This document shows, piece by piece, positions 20,079-28,569 of a DNA stretch of 64,000 nt. Position numbers and translations under genes: made by a program. Source of the DNA: Candidatus Saccharimonadota bacterium (GTDB lineage: Bacteria; Patescibacteriota; Saccharimonadia; CAILAD01; BJGX01). Numbering within the stretch: position 1 is the first letter of the stretch; each line of letters starts with the position of its first letter. The notes under the pieces are model-generated. The model was not told the DNA's origin, searched no databases, and saw only the letters and a program-made list of their open reading frames with translations. The DNA is taken from contig JAXLZU010000001.1 in the NCBI GenBank assembly GCA_046350735.1, forward strand, positions 140,530 to 204,529. Reading direction: 5' to 3'.

Positions 20079-20153
20079 GCGGGTATCGTATAATGATTAT
20101 TATTCCTGCCTTCCAAGCAGGTGATGCGGGTTTAATTCCCGCTACCCGCTCCA
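20079..20153 (+). tRNA. Atypical tRNA-Gly (anticodon UCC): lacks D-loop G18-G19 and the T-loop 'TTC'
   Basis: Acceptor gcgggta/tacccgc (7 bp) plus discriminator and CCA. Anticodon stem cctgc/gcagg with loop 'cTTCCaa'. T-arm gcggg-tttaatt-cccgc. AT-only D-arm 'gtataatgattattat'. Hand fold. Confidence 0.6.
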
Positions 20154-20266
20154 GAGATTATTTACAAATGGGCAGAGATTCTTTAAGAGAAAAAGCATCC
20201 TCTGCCCATTTGTTAATGGTCGTGTTAAGCACTCACTTTATTGGTACAATAGTGTGAGTGACACAG

Positions 20267-20343
<77 letters not shown>

Positions 20344-20344
20344 T

Positions 20345-20422
20345 GGTGAGTGTAGCTCAGTTGGTTAGAGCGTCGGTTTGTGGTACCGAAGGTCGTGGGT
20401 TCGAGACCCATCACTCACCCCA
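20345..20422 (+). tRNA. tRNA-His (anticodon GUG) with an encoded G-1
   Basis: G-1 at 20345. Acceptor gtgagtg/cactcac, anticodon stem tcggt/accga with loop 'tTGTGgt', T-arm gtggg-ttcgaga-cccat, CCA. Confidence 0.85.
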
Positions 20423-20427
20423 TAGTA

Positions 20428-20455
20428 AACGTCCGAGCTTTGCTCGGATTTTTAC
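20428..20455 (+). terminator. Hairpin plus T-run terminator after the tRNA trio
   Basis: 'tccgagc-tttg-ctcgga' followed by 'ttttta'. Confidence 0.55.
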
Positions 20456-20469
20456 TATGGCAGATAAAA

Positions 20470-21054
20470 TTATTTTGCCTTATCGGCCAGATGTCGACGC
20501 CATACAGACCATTCGAGGCCAGCGTCAATAATACAGAAGAAGAAAAATGCTACCGCCGATAGTATTAACTCGGTAGGAACAGTAAAGCCACTATACGCAA
20601 GAATTATGCCAACAATAGAGTAGAGAGCTACCAAAACAAGATAACTAAGATTAAATCGATAGATGGCCGATGTAATAAGCATGCCGGCAGCTACCATAAA
20701 AAACCAACCCGAAACCATGCCATGAATACCTATCTTAATCCCGCTAGAATATTCTAAATAGGTTAACCAAGTTCCAACAAGAATTAGTCCAAACCAAACA
20801 ATTTGTAGAAATATTGCCTTAGCGTCTTTAGGAAATCCTAGAATAATTTGTGCGCCAAGGCCTACAATTAGTACAAGTAGCCAAATTTCTGCCAACATAG
20901 TAGGGGCAGCTAGGGCAATATTGCTTGCTAGATATCCAAAGGCTAATAATATAGCCCATACAAACATTATTTTTTGGTAGCGATTAAAAATTCTTACTGG
21001 AGGGGCAACACGTTTTTTGGAGGGAACCATAACAACTATTGTATCAGAAAACAA
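20470..21054 (-). CDS. Hypothetical polytopic membrane protein
   Basis: 194 aa, roughly six hydrophobic helices. No recognisable motif. Confidence 0.45.
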   Translation of the reverse strand: MFSDTIVVMVPSKKRVAPPVRIFNRYQKIMFVWAILLAFGYLASNIALAAPTMLAEIWLLVLIVGLGAQIILGFPKDAKAIFLQIVWFGLILVGTWLTYLEYSSGIKIGIHGMVSGWFFMVAAGMLITSAIYRFNLSYLVLVALYSIVGIILAYSGFTVPTELILSAVAFFFFCIIDAGLEWSVWRRHLADKAK

Positions 21055-21126
21055 AAAATATTTGCCAGTTTTTTAGAATAGGTATACAGTAATAGTTAAG
21101 AACAATAAATTTAACAAGGAGTCTTT

Positions 21127-21549
21127 ATGAAAAAAACAGTATTAAAGGCAGCTGGTGCAGGTAGCTTGTTGGCGCTTGTTCCTTTTGCCGCACATGCAGC
21201 AGATGATTTTACTACTACATCTACCACTGATGCTGCCACTACTGCAGCGGGCGGTACCGCAGCAGCTGGCTTGGTTGGCGGGTTATTAATCTTTTGGCTA
21301 ATCTTCCTTATTATTGGCCTAGGGTTATTTATCTTTTGGATTGTAATGCTCGTTGATGCATTTAAGCGAACTAACTGGCAAGATGATAATCAGAAAAACC
21401 TCTGGTTAATAATATTGATTGTTTCAATCTTTGTAGGGCTATCTGGACTAGCTGCAATACTCTACTACTTTATTATTAAGCGTGCGCTCGACAGTAAAGC
21501 TACAGTATCGAATACACCACCTACTCAAACTCCACCAGCTGCACAGTAA
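21127..21549 (+). CDS. Small secreted/membrane protein with a PLDc_N-like C-terminal membrane domain
   Basis: Signal peptide 'LLALVPFAAHAADD'; Thr/Ala-rich linker; two TM helices. 'NLWLIILIVSIFVGLSGLAAILYYFIIKR' resembles the PLD-nuclease N-terminal (PLDc_N) motif. Confidence 0.4.
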   Translation: MKKTVLKAAGAGSLLALVPFAAHAADDFTTTSTTDAATTAAGGTAAAGLVGGLLIFWLIFLIIGLGLFIFWIVMLVDAFKRTNWQDDNQKNLWLIILIVSIFVGLSGLAAILYYFIIKRALDSKATVSNTPPTQTPPAAQ

Positions 21550-21568
21550 TAGCTAGTAGTTTGTAAAT

Positions 21569-21597
21569 AAAAAACCTGACTGTATGTCAGGTTTTTT
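21569..21597 (+). terminator. Bidirectional hairpin terminator
   Basis: 'aaaaacctgac-tgtat-gtcaggttttt' is a perfect stem flanked by A- and T-runs. Confidence 0.6.
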
Positions 21598-21600
21598 ATT

Positions 21601-21677
21601 TGGTCGGGGTGAGAGGACTCGAACCTCCGGCCTCATCGTCCCAAACGACGCGCGCTAGCCAACTGCGCCACACCCCG
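21601..21677 (-). tRNA. tRNA-Pro (anticodon UGG)
   Basis: Reverse complement folds: acceptor cggggtg/caccccg, D-arm 'gcgcagttggctagcgc', anticodon stem cgtcg/cgatg with loop 'tTTGGga', T-loop 'ttcgagt', CCA. Confidence 0.8.
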
Positions 21678-21796
21678 GCGTCAAATTAACACTTAAGATT
21701 TATGAATTACATAACAATTTAATTCTTAAATTATCATATTAATTTTCGTTCTTGGCCAAAACTATTCTCGCTTTTGGCCGCTATATATATCATCTT

Positions 21797-21872
21797 TGGT
21801 GGGTCCGGTGGGACTCGAACCCACAACCAATTGCTTAAGAGGCAACTGCTCTACCAATTGAGCTACAGACCC
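21797..21872 (-). tRNA. tRNA-Lys (anticodon CUU)
   Basis: Reverse complement folds: acceptor gggtctg/cggaccc, anticodon stem gttgc/gcaat with loop 'cTCTTaa', T-arm gtggg-ttcgagt-cccac, CCA. Confidence 0.8.
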
Positions 21873-21895
21873 TCATAAAAAATTGTACTTAGATG

Positions 21896-21972
21896 TGGTG
21901 CGCCCTGAGGGATTCGAACCCCCGGCCTTCTGGTCCGAAGCCAGACGCTCTATCCAGCTGAGCTAAGGGCGC
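21896..21972 (-). tRNA. tRNA-Arg (anticodon UCG)
   Basis: Reverse complement folds: acceptor gcgccct/agggcgc, anticodon stem tctgg/ccaga with loop 'cTTCGga', T-arm cgggg-ttcgaat-ccctc, CCA. Confidence 0.8.
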
Positions 21973-22060
21973 GAAAATACCAAAACGAACCTGTATATTC
22001 TACTATAAAAGACCCAAAAAGAAAAGAACCAATTTATATAATTGGTGCTATAATGTTGAT

Positions 22061-22285
22061 ATGGATTTAAACACACTTACAGGTCAATATTGGTGGCTCT
22101 TAATTCTCACATTAATTTGGAGTATTGGTTGGAAGGGCTGGGCACTATGGATAGCTGCCCATAGGGAAGAAAAAGTATGGTTTATTGTTTTTCTGATAGT
22201 GAATACTGTTGGTATTTTAGAAATCTTTTATATTTTCTACTTTTCTAAGCAATCGCAAAATAATACTTCTCCTGCAAAGAAATAA
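22061..22285 (+). CDS. Small two-TM membrane protein (PLDc_N-like / CPR-type small membrane protein)
   Basis: 74 aa. 'WWLLILTLIWSIGWKGWALWIAA...WFIVFLIVNTVGILEIFYIFYFSKQ'. Confidence 0.4.
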   Translation: MDLNTLTGQYWWLLILTLIWSIGWKGWALWIAAHREEKVWFIVFLIVNTVGILEIFYIFYFSKQSQNNTSPAKK

Positions 22286-22299
22286 TATCTTGCGAAAAG

Positions 22300-22911
22300 A
22301 TGCATTCTAAAAAGTCGAAACGTATTAACCATCAATCAAAAAAACGTACTAGTACTTCAGTAATACTGATTATTATTGCTGGTGTGCTTTTGGGTGCAGG
22401 AATTTACATATTACTGCTATTGCTAACACCCAAACTTAGCAGAAATTCAGCCAAAGAATTTCAGAAAACCCAAGAGCAGTTACAAGTATCAAATAAAAAT
22501 TTTCTTACTATTCCAAGTGCAAGTATTGCGGCAGAAATATCAGAAGGCGATGTGAATGTCCTAGATAAAGGTGTAGTCTGGCACCGATTGCCAGCGGTCG
22601 GTAATCCAGAAAAAGGCGGAAATACTATCCTTACTGGTCATAGCTTTGTTTGGGGATATACTCCAAAGCAAATTAAAGAGCAATCAATTTTTTATAATCT
22701 AAATGAAGTTAAGGTGGGCGATAAACTACAGGTGCGCTGGAACAATACAACCTACAATTACGAAGTGAGTGAAACGAAACAGGTTAAGCCGAACCAAATT
22801 GAGATTGAAAAACCCAGCAAAGAGGCCAAATTAACCATATATACCTGTACACTTGGCGGTAGTGCCGATGGTAGAGTAGTGGTAATTGCCAGGCCTACAG
22901 ATACGCACTAG
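22300..22911 (+). CDS. Sortase (class E-like transpeptidase)
   Basis: N-terminal TM anchor. His 'ILTGHS', Cys 'LTIYTCTLGG' (TLxTC) and Arg 'RVVVIARP' catalytic motifs. Confidence 0.85.
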   Translation: MHSKKSKRINHQSKKRTSTSVILIIIAGVLLGAGIYILLLLLTPKLSRNSAKEFQKTQEQLQVSNKNFLTIPSASIAAEISEGDVNVLDKGVVWHRLPAVGNPEKGGNTILTGHSFVWGYTPKQIKEQSIFYNLNEVKVGDKLQVRWNNTTYNYEVSETKQVKPNQIEIEKPSKEAKLTIYTCTLGGSADGRVVVIARPTDTH

Positions 22912-22948
22912 TTTGACCAAAAGCTAATCATCGGCTAGACTTATAAGC

Positions 22949-24787
22949 ATGAGAAGATTACAAATCTTTGGTTTGATGCTGATAGCAGCAGTATTGTGTG
23001 TATTTTTGTTTAGTAATAAAGCTCATGCCGCCACGTTTACTGTTACTGACAACGGAGATGCTTCTGCCGTAGACCCTTCAGTTAGCTGTGATACTGCCGG
23101 AAGTGTATGTACGCTTCGTTCTGCTATTGAGGCTGCCAATGCCCAGGCTGGGGCTGATAGTATCTCTTTTAATATTCCAGGTTCTGGTGTACATACAATT
23201 ACACCTGGTTCAGCATACCCCAATATTACTGATGAAGTTACAATAGATGGTTCGACCCAACCAGGTGCACAATGCGGCACATTAGTACCAGCAAATCTAC
23301 CACAATCTAGCAATACGCCACACACTCTACTTATTGAAGTAAACGGCTCGAATATTGTGGGTAGCATCTTAACCATTTCTACTGCTTCAGCAAATAACTC
23401 GATAGTAAAAGGCTTGGTACTAAACCATGCAGTATCTGGTAATGCTATTGTAGTAAATGGCGCAAATAACTCAACAATAGAATGCAATTATCTAGGTACC
23501 AACACCAATGGTTCGGCTGCTGCAGGAAATTATGCTGCTGGGGTATCAGTAAGTAATGTACCAACAATAACTATTCAAAATAATTTAATCTCCGGCTCTT
23601 CATCGGGTAATGGCATAGATATTAGTTCTGATGGTAGTGTAGGTTCTGGGTTAATACAAAATAATCTAATCGGAACAGATTCTTCTGGTATTAATGGTCT
23701 TAGCAATAGCTATACGGGTGTAAATATGTTCAACACAAATGGTTGGGGTGTAAAACATAATGTTGTTTCGGGTAATAATACTATTGGAATCAATATTAGT
23801 ACATCTTTTTCTGTGACGGTCACGGGCAATTTTGTAGGAGTAAATTTAAATGGCTCTCCATTAGGAAATAATAGTGACGGTTTGGTATTTTTTAGCTCTT
23901 CTAATTTTGTTATTGGTGGTAATACTGCTACCCTACGCAATGTACTATCTGCAAATCAAGGAGATGGGCTACATATTTATAATAACTGCCAAGGAGATAC
24001 TGCTTCGGCAAACTCTACGATACAAGGTAACTATATAGGAACCACTGCATCTGGTTTGCCTCAGGCGGGGTATGGCAACCAAGGTGCTGGGATAGAAGTG
24101 AACGAATATCAGGGTAGCTGTGGAAGCGTATATCGTCATCAAATAGGGGGTGACGGTTCTGGTGAATCAAATATTATCGCCGGTAACACTAATCAGGGAA
24201 TACTAGTGCATCAAGACAGCAGTCATGACGTATTTAGTATAAGTTCTATAGGTAATAGTATTTATGCCAATGGTCAGTTTGGTATAGACTTAGCTGCTGA
24301 TACAGGAGGTGATGGTATTGCAGATGTTGATCTAGGGCCAAATCTACTCAACAATTTTCTCATGACGTATGGCGCTACTAATGCTAATTATTACATTAAT
24401 CGACCAGTAATTAATTCAACTTCATACACTGGCAATCAGCTAACGGTTAATTACAGTTTGCAAGCTCCTGGTATTACCGATAACTTACCATATATACAGG
24501 CATCTAACCTTGTGGGATTTCGCCTTGACTTCTATCTAAATGATGCCGGACAAGATGGAGCATATTCTGGCTATTCTCAAGGCAAGACACATCTTGGATC
24601 CTTTATAGTTAACGGCCCTGAAAATAATGCAAATCATACCTTTACCAGTCCAGTTACACTTAAGGATGGACAGACAGTTACGGCAACAACTACTGTTTTA
24701 TGGCAGATAATTCCAAACCCAGGCACTAATTGCCAAGGTGATATTTGGGGTGTTGGTGTACCATATACTACAACTTGTAATCAATAA
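22949..24787 (+). CDS. Secreted right-handed beta-helix (pectin-lyase-fold / NosD-like repeat) surface protein, paralog 1
   Basis: Signal peptide 'MRRLQIFGLMLIAAVLCVFLFSNKAHA'. Repeated 'NN.I.GN...GI' beta-helix-type repeats. Paralogous over its full length to 25140..26987. Confidence 0.7.
   Translation: MRRLQIFGLMLIAAVLCVFLFSNKAHAATFTVTDNGDASAVDPSVSCDTAGSVCTLRSAIEAANAQAGADSISFNIPGSGVHTITPGSAYPNITDEVTIDGSTQPGAQCGTLVPANLPQSSNTPHTLLIEVNGSNIVGSILTISTASANNSIVKGLVLNHAVSGNAIVVNGANNSTIECNYLGTNTNGSAAAGNYAAGVSVSNVPTITIQNNLISGSSSGNGIDISSDGSVGSGLIQNNLIGTDSSGINGLSNSYTGVNMFNTNGWGVKHNVVSGNNTIGINISTSFSVTVTGNFVGVNLNGSPLGNNSDGLVFFSSSNFVIGGNTATLRNVLSANQGDGLHIYNNCQGDTASANSTIQGNYIGTTASGLPQAGYGNQGAGIEVNEYQGSCGSVYRHQIGGDGSGESNIIAGNTNQGILVHQDSSHDVFSISSIGNSIYANGQFGIDLAADTGGDGIADVDLGPNLLNNFLMTYGATNANYYINRPVINSTSYTGNQLTVNYSLQAPGITDNLPYIQASNLVGFRLDFYLNDAGQDGAYSGYSQGKTHLGSFIVNGPENNANHTFTSPVTLKDGQTVTATTTVLWQIIPNPGTNCQGDIWGVGVPYTTTCNQ
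23023..23125 (+). repeat. ~103-bp perfect direct repeat shared by the 5' ends of the two beta-helix paralog genes (second copy at 25214-25316)
   Basis: 'ctcatgccgccacgtttactgttactgacaacggagatgcttctgccgtagaccc...cgttctgc' is identical in both copies. Similarity continues beyond this at lower identity. Confidence 0.85.
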
Positions 24788-24808
24788 TAATTAAAGAGAG
24801 GAGCCAAG

Positions 24809-25111
24809 ATGAGAAATAGTTTAACTAAAATAAGTGTGTTGCTAGTAGGAATACTGACATATGGATTTGTTAGCTTATCTATTCCTTCTATTGCACTAGC
24901 TCAAGAGATTAATCCTGCTGCTGGAACATATTCTTATGGTTCTACCTCAGAGTTTTCTCCTTATGTAGCCCTTACATCCAGCTCAACGCTCGCACCAACA
25001 GGTGCTGACCAGTATGTTGGCTATATAGCAATAGGTATATTGCTGCTAACTGCTAGTGGAATTTTTGTATACGCTATTAAGAATCGACGTCAGTATATTC
25101 GGGCTAATTAA
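24809..25111 (+). CDS. Small sortase substrate: signal peptide plus LAPTG cell-wall sorting signal
   Basis: 100 aa. N-terminal signal 'ISVLLVGILTYGFVSLSIPSIALAQE'. C-terminal 'LAPTG', then the hydrophobic 'YVGYIAIGILLLTASGIFVYAI', then the basic tail 'KNRRQYIRAN'. This is the classic tripartite sorting signal, and LAxTG is the class E sortase motif. Confidence 0.8.
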   Translation: MRNSLTKISVLLVGILTYGFVSLSIPSIALAQEINPAAGTYSYGSTSEFSPYVALTSSSTLAPTGADQYVGYIAIGILLLTASGIFVYAIKNRRQYIRAN

Positions 25112-25139
25112 TTGAAAAGTCATTTGCATCGAGATAAAA

Positions 25140-26987
25140 ATGAAAAAATTTTCTACACTCTGCCTTAGCCTAATACTAGCGTTACTCTGCGTACTAATTT
25201 TTTCTACCAAAGCTCATGCCGCCACGTTTACTGTTACTGACAACGGAGATGCTTCTGCCGTAGACCCTTCAGTTAGCTGTGATACTGCCGGAAGTGTATG
25301 TACGCTTCGTTCTGCCATTGAGGCTGCTAATGCCCAGGCTGGGGCAGACACAATAAGCTTTAATATTAGCGGACCTGGAGAACATACAATTAGTCCAGCA
25401 ACTGCTCTGCCTGATATTACTGATGAAGTTACAATAGATGGTTCGACCCAACCAGGAGCGCAGTGCGGTACGTTAGTACCAGTAAATCTACCCGCAACCA
25501 ATACACCCCATGTTCTTAACGTCGTAATTAATGGTAATGCTCTTGGTGCTGCTAATACATTATTATTTGATACCGGTTCAGATAATTCTGTAGTTAAGGG
25601 TCTGGTATTAAATGGAAATACTGGCAATACAGCATTGCAAATTAACTCTACCGTAGGAGGGGTATTAATTGAGTGTAACTACTTAGGTACCAATGCGGCT
25701 GGCGACACAATAGTTACAAATTCTAACCTCAATATAGGTGCCTTTATTAATTCTGGTACCACCACTATTCAAAACAACTTGATTTCTGGATCGAGTGTGG
25801 GAGTGTTGGCTAACTCAGCAAATATAACGAATAACCTTATAGGCACGAATGCTAACGGTACTGGTGCATTAGGTAATAGTGCACAAGGTATATTAATTAA
25901 CTATAGCTCGCAGAATCTGGCAATTTCGCATAATATTATATCTGGCAACAATCTAGGTATTTATATCACATTAAATGGTCCAAATAATAGCATTCATGGA
26001 AATTATATCGGTGTAGGTGTAACAGGGAACCCACTTGGTAATACCACTGGCGGCATTACCGCATTTGGTGCAAATGATTTTTCAATAGGGGGTGTTTCGG
26101 TTACCGACAGAAATATAATTTCTGCTAATGGAGGTGATGGTATACATATATATAGTAATTGTAATACCGGCCAATCTGTTGGTTCGACTACATACGGCAA
26201 CTATATTGGCACAAACACCTCTGGTAATGTTCAAAACGGATTTGGAAATAACGGAGCTGGGATAGAGGTAAACGAATATCAGGGGAGTTGTGAGTCTGTT
26301 TATAATCATGTTATCGGCGGTGATTTAGCTGGTCAACCAAATACTATCGCAGGTAATACTAATCAAGGAGTGCTTGTACATCAGGACCTGGACCATGACG
26401 TATTTAGCGTAGTAATATTAGGTAATAGTATCTATGGTAATGGCCAGTTTGGTATTGATTTGGCATCTGATTCGAGTGGTTTTGATGGAGTAGCTGATAC
26501 CGATCTTGGACCCAATCCACTTAACCAACTCGCAATGACGTATCCAACCACAGTTGCTAATTATTATCTAAATACTGCTACAATAAATTCAGCCACCTAC
26601 ACTGGGAACGAAATTACAGTCAACTATAGTTTTCTAGCAAATCCTGTACAAAATAGTAATGATGGGGTAAGTTTGCTTACTAGTGATTTAGTTGGCTATC
26701 GTTTAGATTTCTACATTAATAATGGAGGGCAAGATGGCGCATATGCTGGCTATGGTCAAGGTAAGATCCACTTGGGCAGTTTTATTGTAAGTGGTGCTGC
26801 CAGTGGGGCTACACATACTTTCACAAGCCCAATACCTCTCACGAATGGTCAAAATATCACTGTAACATCAACAGCACTTTGGACTAATAATCCAGGTCCT
26901 GCTATTACTCCTCGTTCTTGTGACGGTGAAACCCAGCGCGTCGGCAATGGTCCAAAGTATGATTACCAAGGCTCTTGCCCTAACTAG
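25140..26987 (+). CDS. Secreted right-handed beta-helix surface protein, paralog 2
   Basis: Signal peptide. The first ~60 residues after the signal are identical to paralog 1. Later conserved blocks include 'GAGIEVNEYQGSCxSVY.H.IGGD' and 'GNSIYxNGQFGIDLA'. Confidence 0.7.
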   Translation: MKKFSTLCLSLILALLCVLIFSTKAHAATFTVTDNGDASAVDPSVSCDTAGSVCTLRSAIEAANAQAGADTISFNISGPGEHTISPATALPDITDEVTIDGSTQPGAQCGTLVPVNLPATNTPHVLNVVINGNALGAANTLLFDTGSDNSVVKGLVLNGNTGNTALQINSTVGGVLIECNYLGTNAAGDTIVTNSNLNIGAFINSGTTTIQNNLISGSSVGVLANSANITNNLIGTNANGTGALGNSAQGILINYSSQNLAISHNIISGNNLGIYITLNGPNNSIHGNYIGVGVTGNPLGNTTGGITAFGANDFSIGGVSVTDRNIISANGGDGIHIYSNCNTGQSVGSTTYGNYIGTNTSGNVQNGFGNNGAGIEVNEYQGSCESVYNHVIGGDLAGQPNTIAGNTNQGVLVHQDLDHDVFSVVILGNSIYGNGQFGIDLASDSSGFDGVADTDLGPNPLNQLAMTYPTTVANYYLNTATINSATYTGNEITVNYSFLANPVQNSNDGVSLLTSDLVGYRLDFYINNGGQDGAYAGYGQGKIHLGSFIVSGAASGATHTFTSPIPLTNGQNITVTSTALWTNNPGPAITPRSCDGETQRVGNGPKYDYQGSCPN

Positions 26988-27142
26988 AAATTTACCAAAC
27001 AGAATATATTTTAATTGATTCTCATCTAATCGGGTACATATTATTTACCTTTTGCTAGTAAGTGTAATAGTTGCTAGGTAATATATTTTACTTTGACAAA
27101 TAGTTTCTTGAAGAAAACCTTTTTCTGATAGATAATAGAGTA

Positions 27143-28453
27143 ATGAATAAAGTTACTCCACGTCGTCCATCTGGGTTTCCAGAATATTTACCTGCAGAGC
27201 AAATTGAGTTTCAACGAATGATCTCTGCAATTGCTGATACATATGAGTTGTTTGGATTTACACCAATAGAAACTCCAGCCATCGAATTAGCAGAAGTATT
27301 ATTGGCTAAGGGTGGCGGAGAAACAGAAAAAGAAATTTACCGGTTTAGTAAAGGCGAAAAAGAGTATGCTCTGCATTATGATTTAACTGTTCCACTGGCT
27401 CGCTATGTATCAGAACACCAAAACAATTTGGCAATGCCATTTAGACGTTATCAAATTCAAAAAAACTGGCGTGCCGAGCGAGCGCAAAAAGGTCGCTTTA
27501 GAGAATTTTTGCAATGCGATGTAGATATCATTGGTTCTCACTCTGTATTACACGATGCTGAAATAGTTGCAGTTGTGAGTGAAGCTTTTGCTCGGCTAGC
27601 AATAGGTGAATACATTATTCGTATTAGTAATAGAAAATTACTCAGTGGTTTTGTGGATGCAATTGGCTTGGCAGATAAAGCAGCCGATGTTCTGCATCTT
27701 GTTGATAAGTTAGACAAAATTGGTAAAGATATGCTTGCAGAAGAATTTGGCAAGATTGGTTTGAGTAGTAATGACACTCAACAAGTAATCGACTTTGTTT
27801 CTATGAGCGGCACGCCAGAAGAGGTATTAGAACAACTAGAAGGTCTCTCTATTGATAATAAAACCTTTCTTACTGGTATCGCAGAAATGAAAGAGCTACT
27901 CTTTGCACTAAAAGCAGCCAACGTTAATCCCAAAGTTTATTCTTTTGATTTACGAATAGTAAGAGGATTAGATTATTATACTGGCACTGTGTACGAAACT
28001 AACTTAGTTGATTATCCAGAATTTGGTAGTGTGTGCTCAGGTGGACGGTATAACGATCTCACAAAATATTACTCCAGCGCAGATTTACCCGGGGTGGGTA
28101 TTTCTATTGGACTAACCCGACTCTTTGCGGCTATGCAAGAAGCACATAAAATAGATAGTAAAGCTGCTTCGCCAAATAAAATACTAATTGCCCAGTTTGG
28201 CGGTAAAGAAGTACTTGCTAAAGCATTGAATGTTGCTAGTGAATTACGTAGTCAAAAAATTAATACACAAATATACCTCGACGAAGCAAAACTAGATAAA
28301 CAATTTAAGTATGCAGACAAGTTAGGTGTGCCATATGTTCTGGTTATTGGAACCGCTGAGCTCGAAAGCGGTAATGTTGTCTTAAAAGATATGAAAACAG
28401 GCGAGCAAGCAGTATTGTCTATAAAAGAAGTATTAGAAAAACTAAGCCAATAA
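27143..28453 (+). CDS. hisS: Histidine--tRNA ligase
   Basis: Class II motifs ('FRRYQIQKNWRAERAQKGRFREFLQCDVDIIG', 'GGRYNDL', 'GVGISIGLTRL'). C-terminal anticodon-binding domain. Confidence 0.9.
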   Translation: MNKVTPRRPSGFPEYLPAEQIEFQRMISAIADTYELFGFTPIETPAIELAEVLLAKGGGETEKEIYRFSKGEKEYALHYDLTVPLARYVSEHQNNLAMPFRRYQIQKNWRAERAQKGRFREFLQCDVDIIGSHSVLHDAEIVAVVSEAFARLAIGEYIIRISNRKLLSGFVDAIGLADKAADVLHLVDKLDKIGKDMLAEEFGKIGLSSNDTQQVIDFVSMSGTPEEVLEQLEGLSIDNKTFLTGIAEMKELLFALKAANVNPKVYSFDLRIVRGLDYYTGTVYETNLVDYPEFGSVCSGGRYNDLTKYYSSADLPGVGISIGLTRLFAAMQEAHKIDSKAASPNKILIAQFGGKEVLAKALNVASELRSQKINTQIYLDEAKLDKQFKYADKLGVPYVLVIGTAELESGNVVLKDMKTGEQAVLSIKEVLEKLSQ

Positions 28454-28456
28454 AAG

Positions 28457-28485
28457 CAGCAAGCACTTGCTGTTTATGTATTTAC
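28457..28485 (+). terminator. Hairpin terminator after hisS
   Basis: 'cagcaagc-a-cttgctg' followed by 'tttatgtattt'. Confidence 0.45.
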
Positions 28486-28569
28486 ATTATATCACACATT
28501 AATACCAAAAAACAGTCTTGTTCTTTTGTCAAATTAAGAGCAGAATACTTAAATAAATAGGAGTTAAAT

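Noticed and set aside
27000-27142. Possible T-box leader upstream of hisS
   Set aside because: The leader is only ~150 nt. It has no T-box consensus sequence and no specifier-loop or antiterminator arrangement that I could identify.
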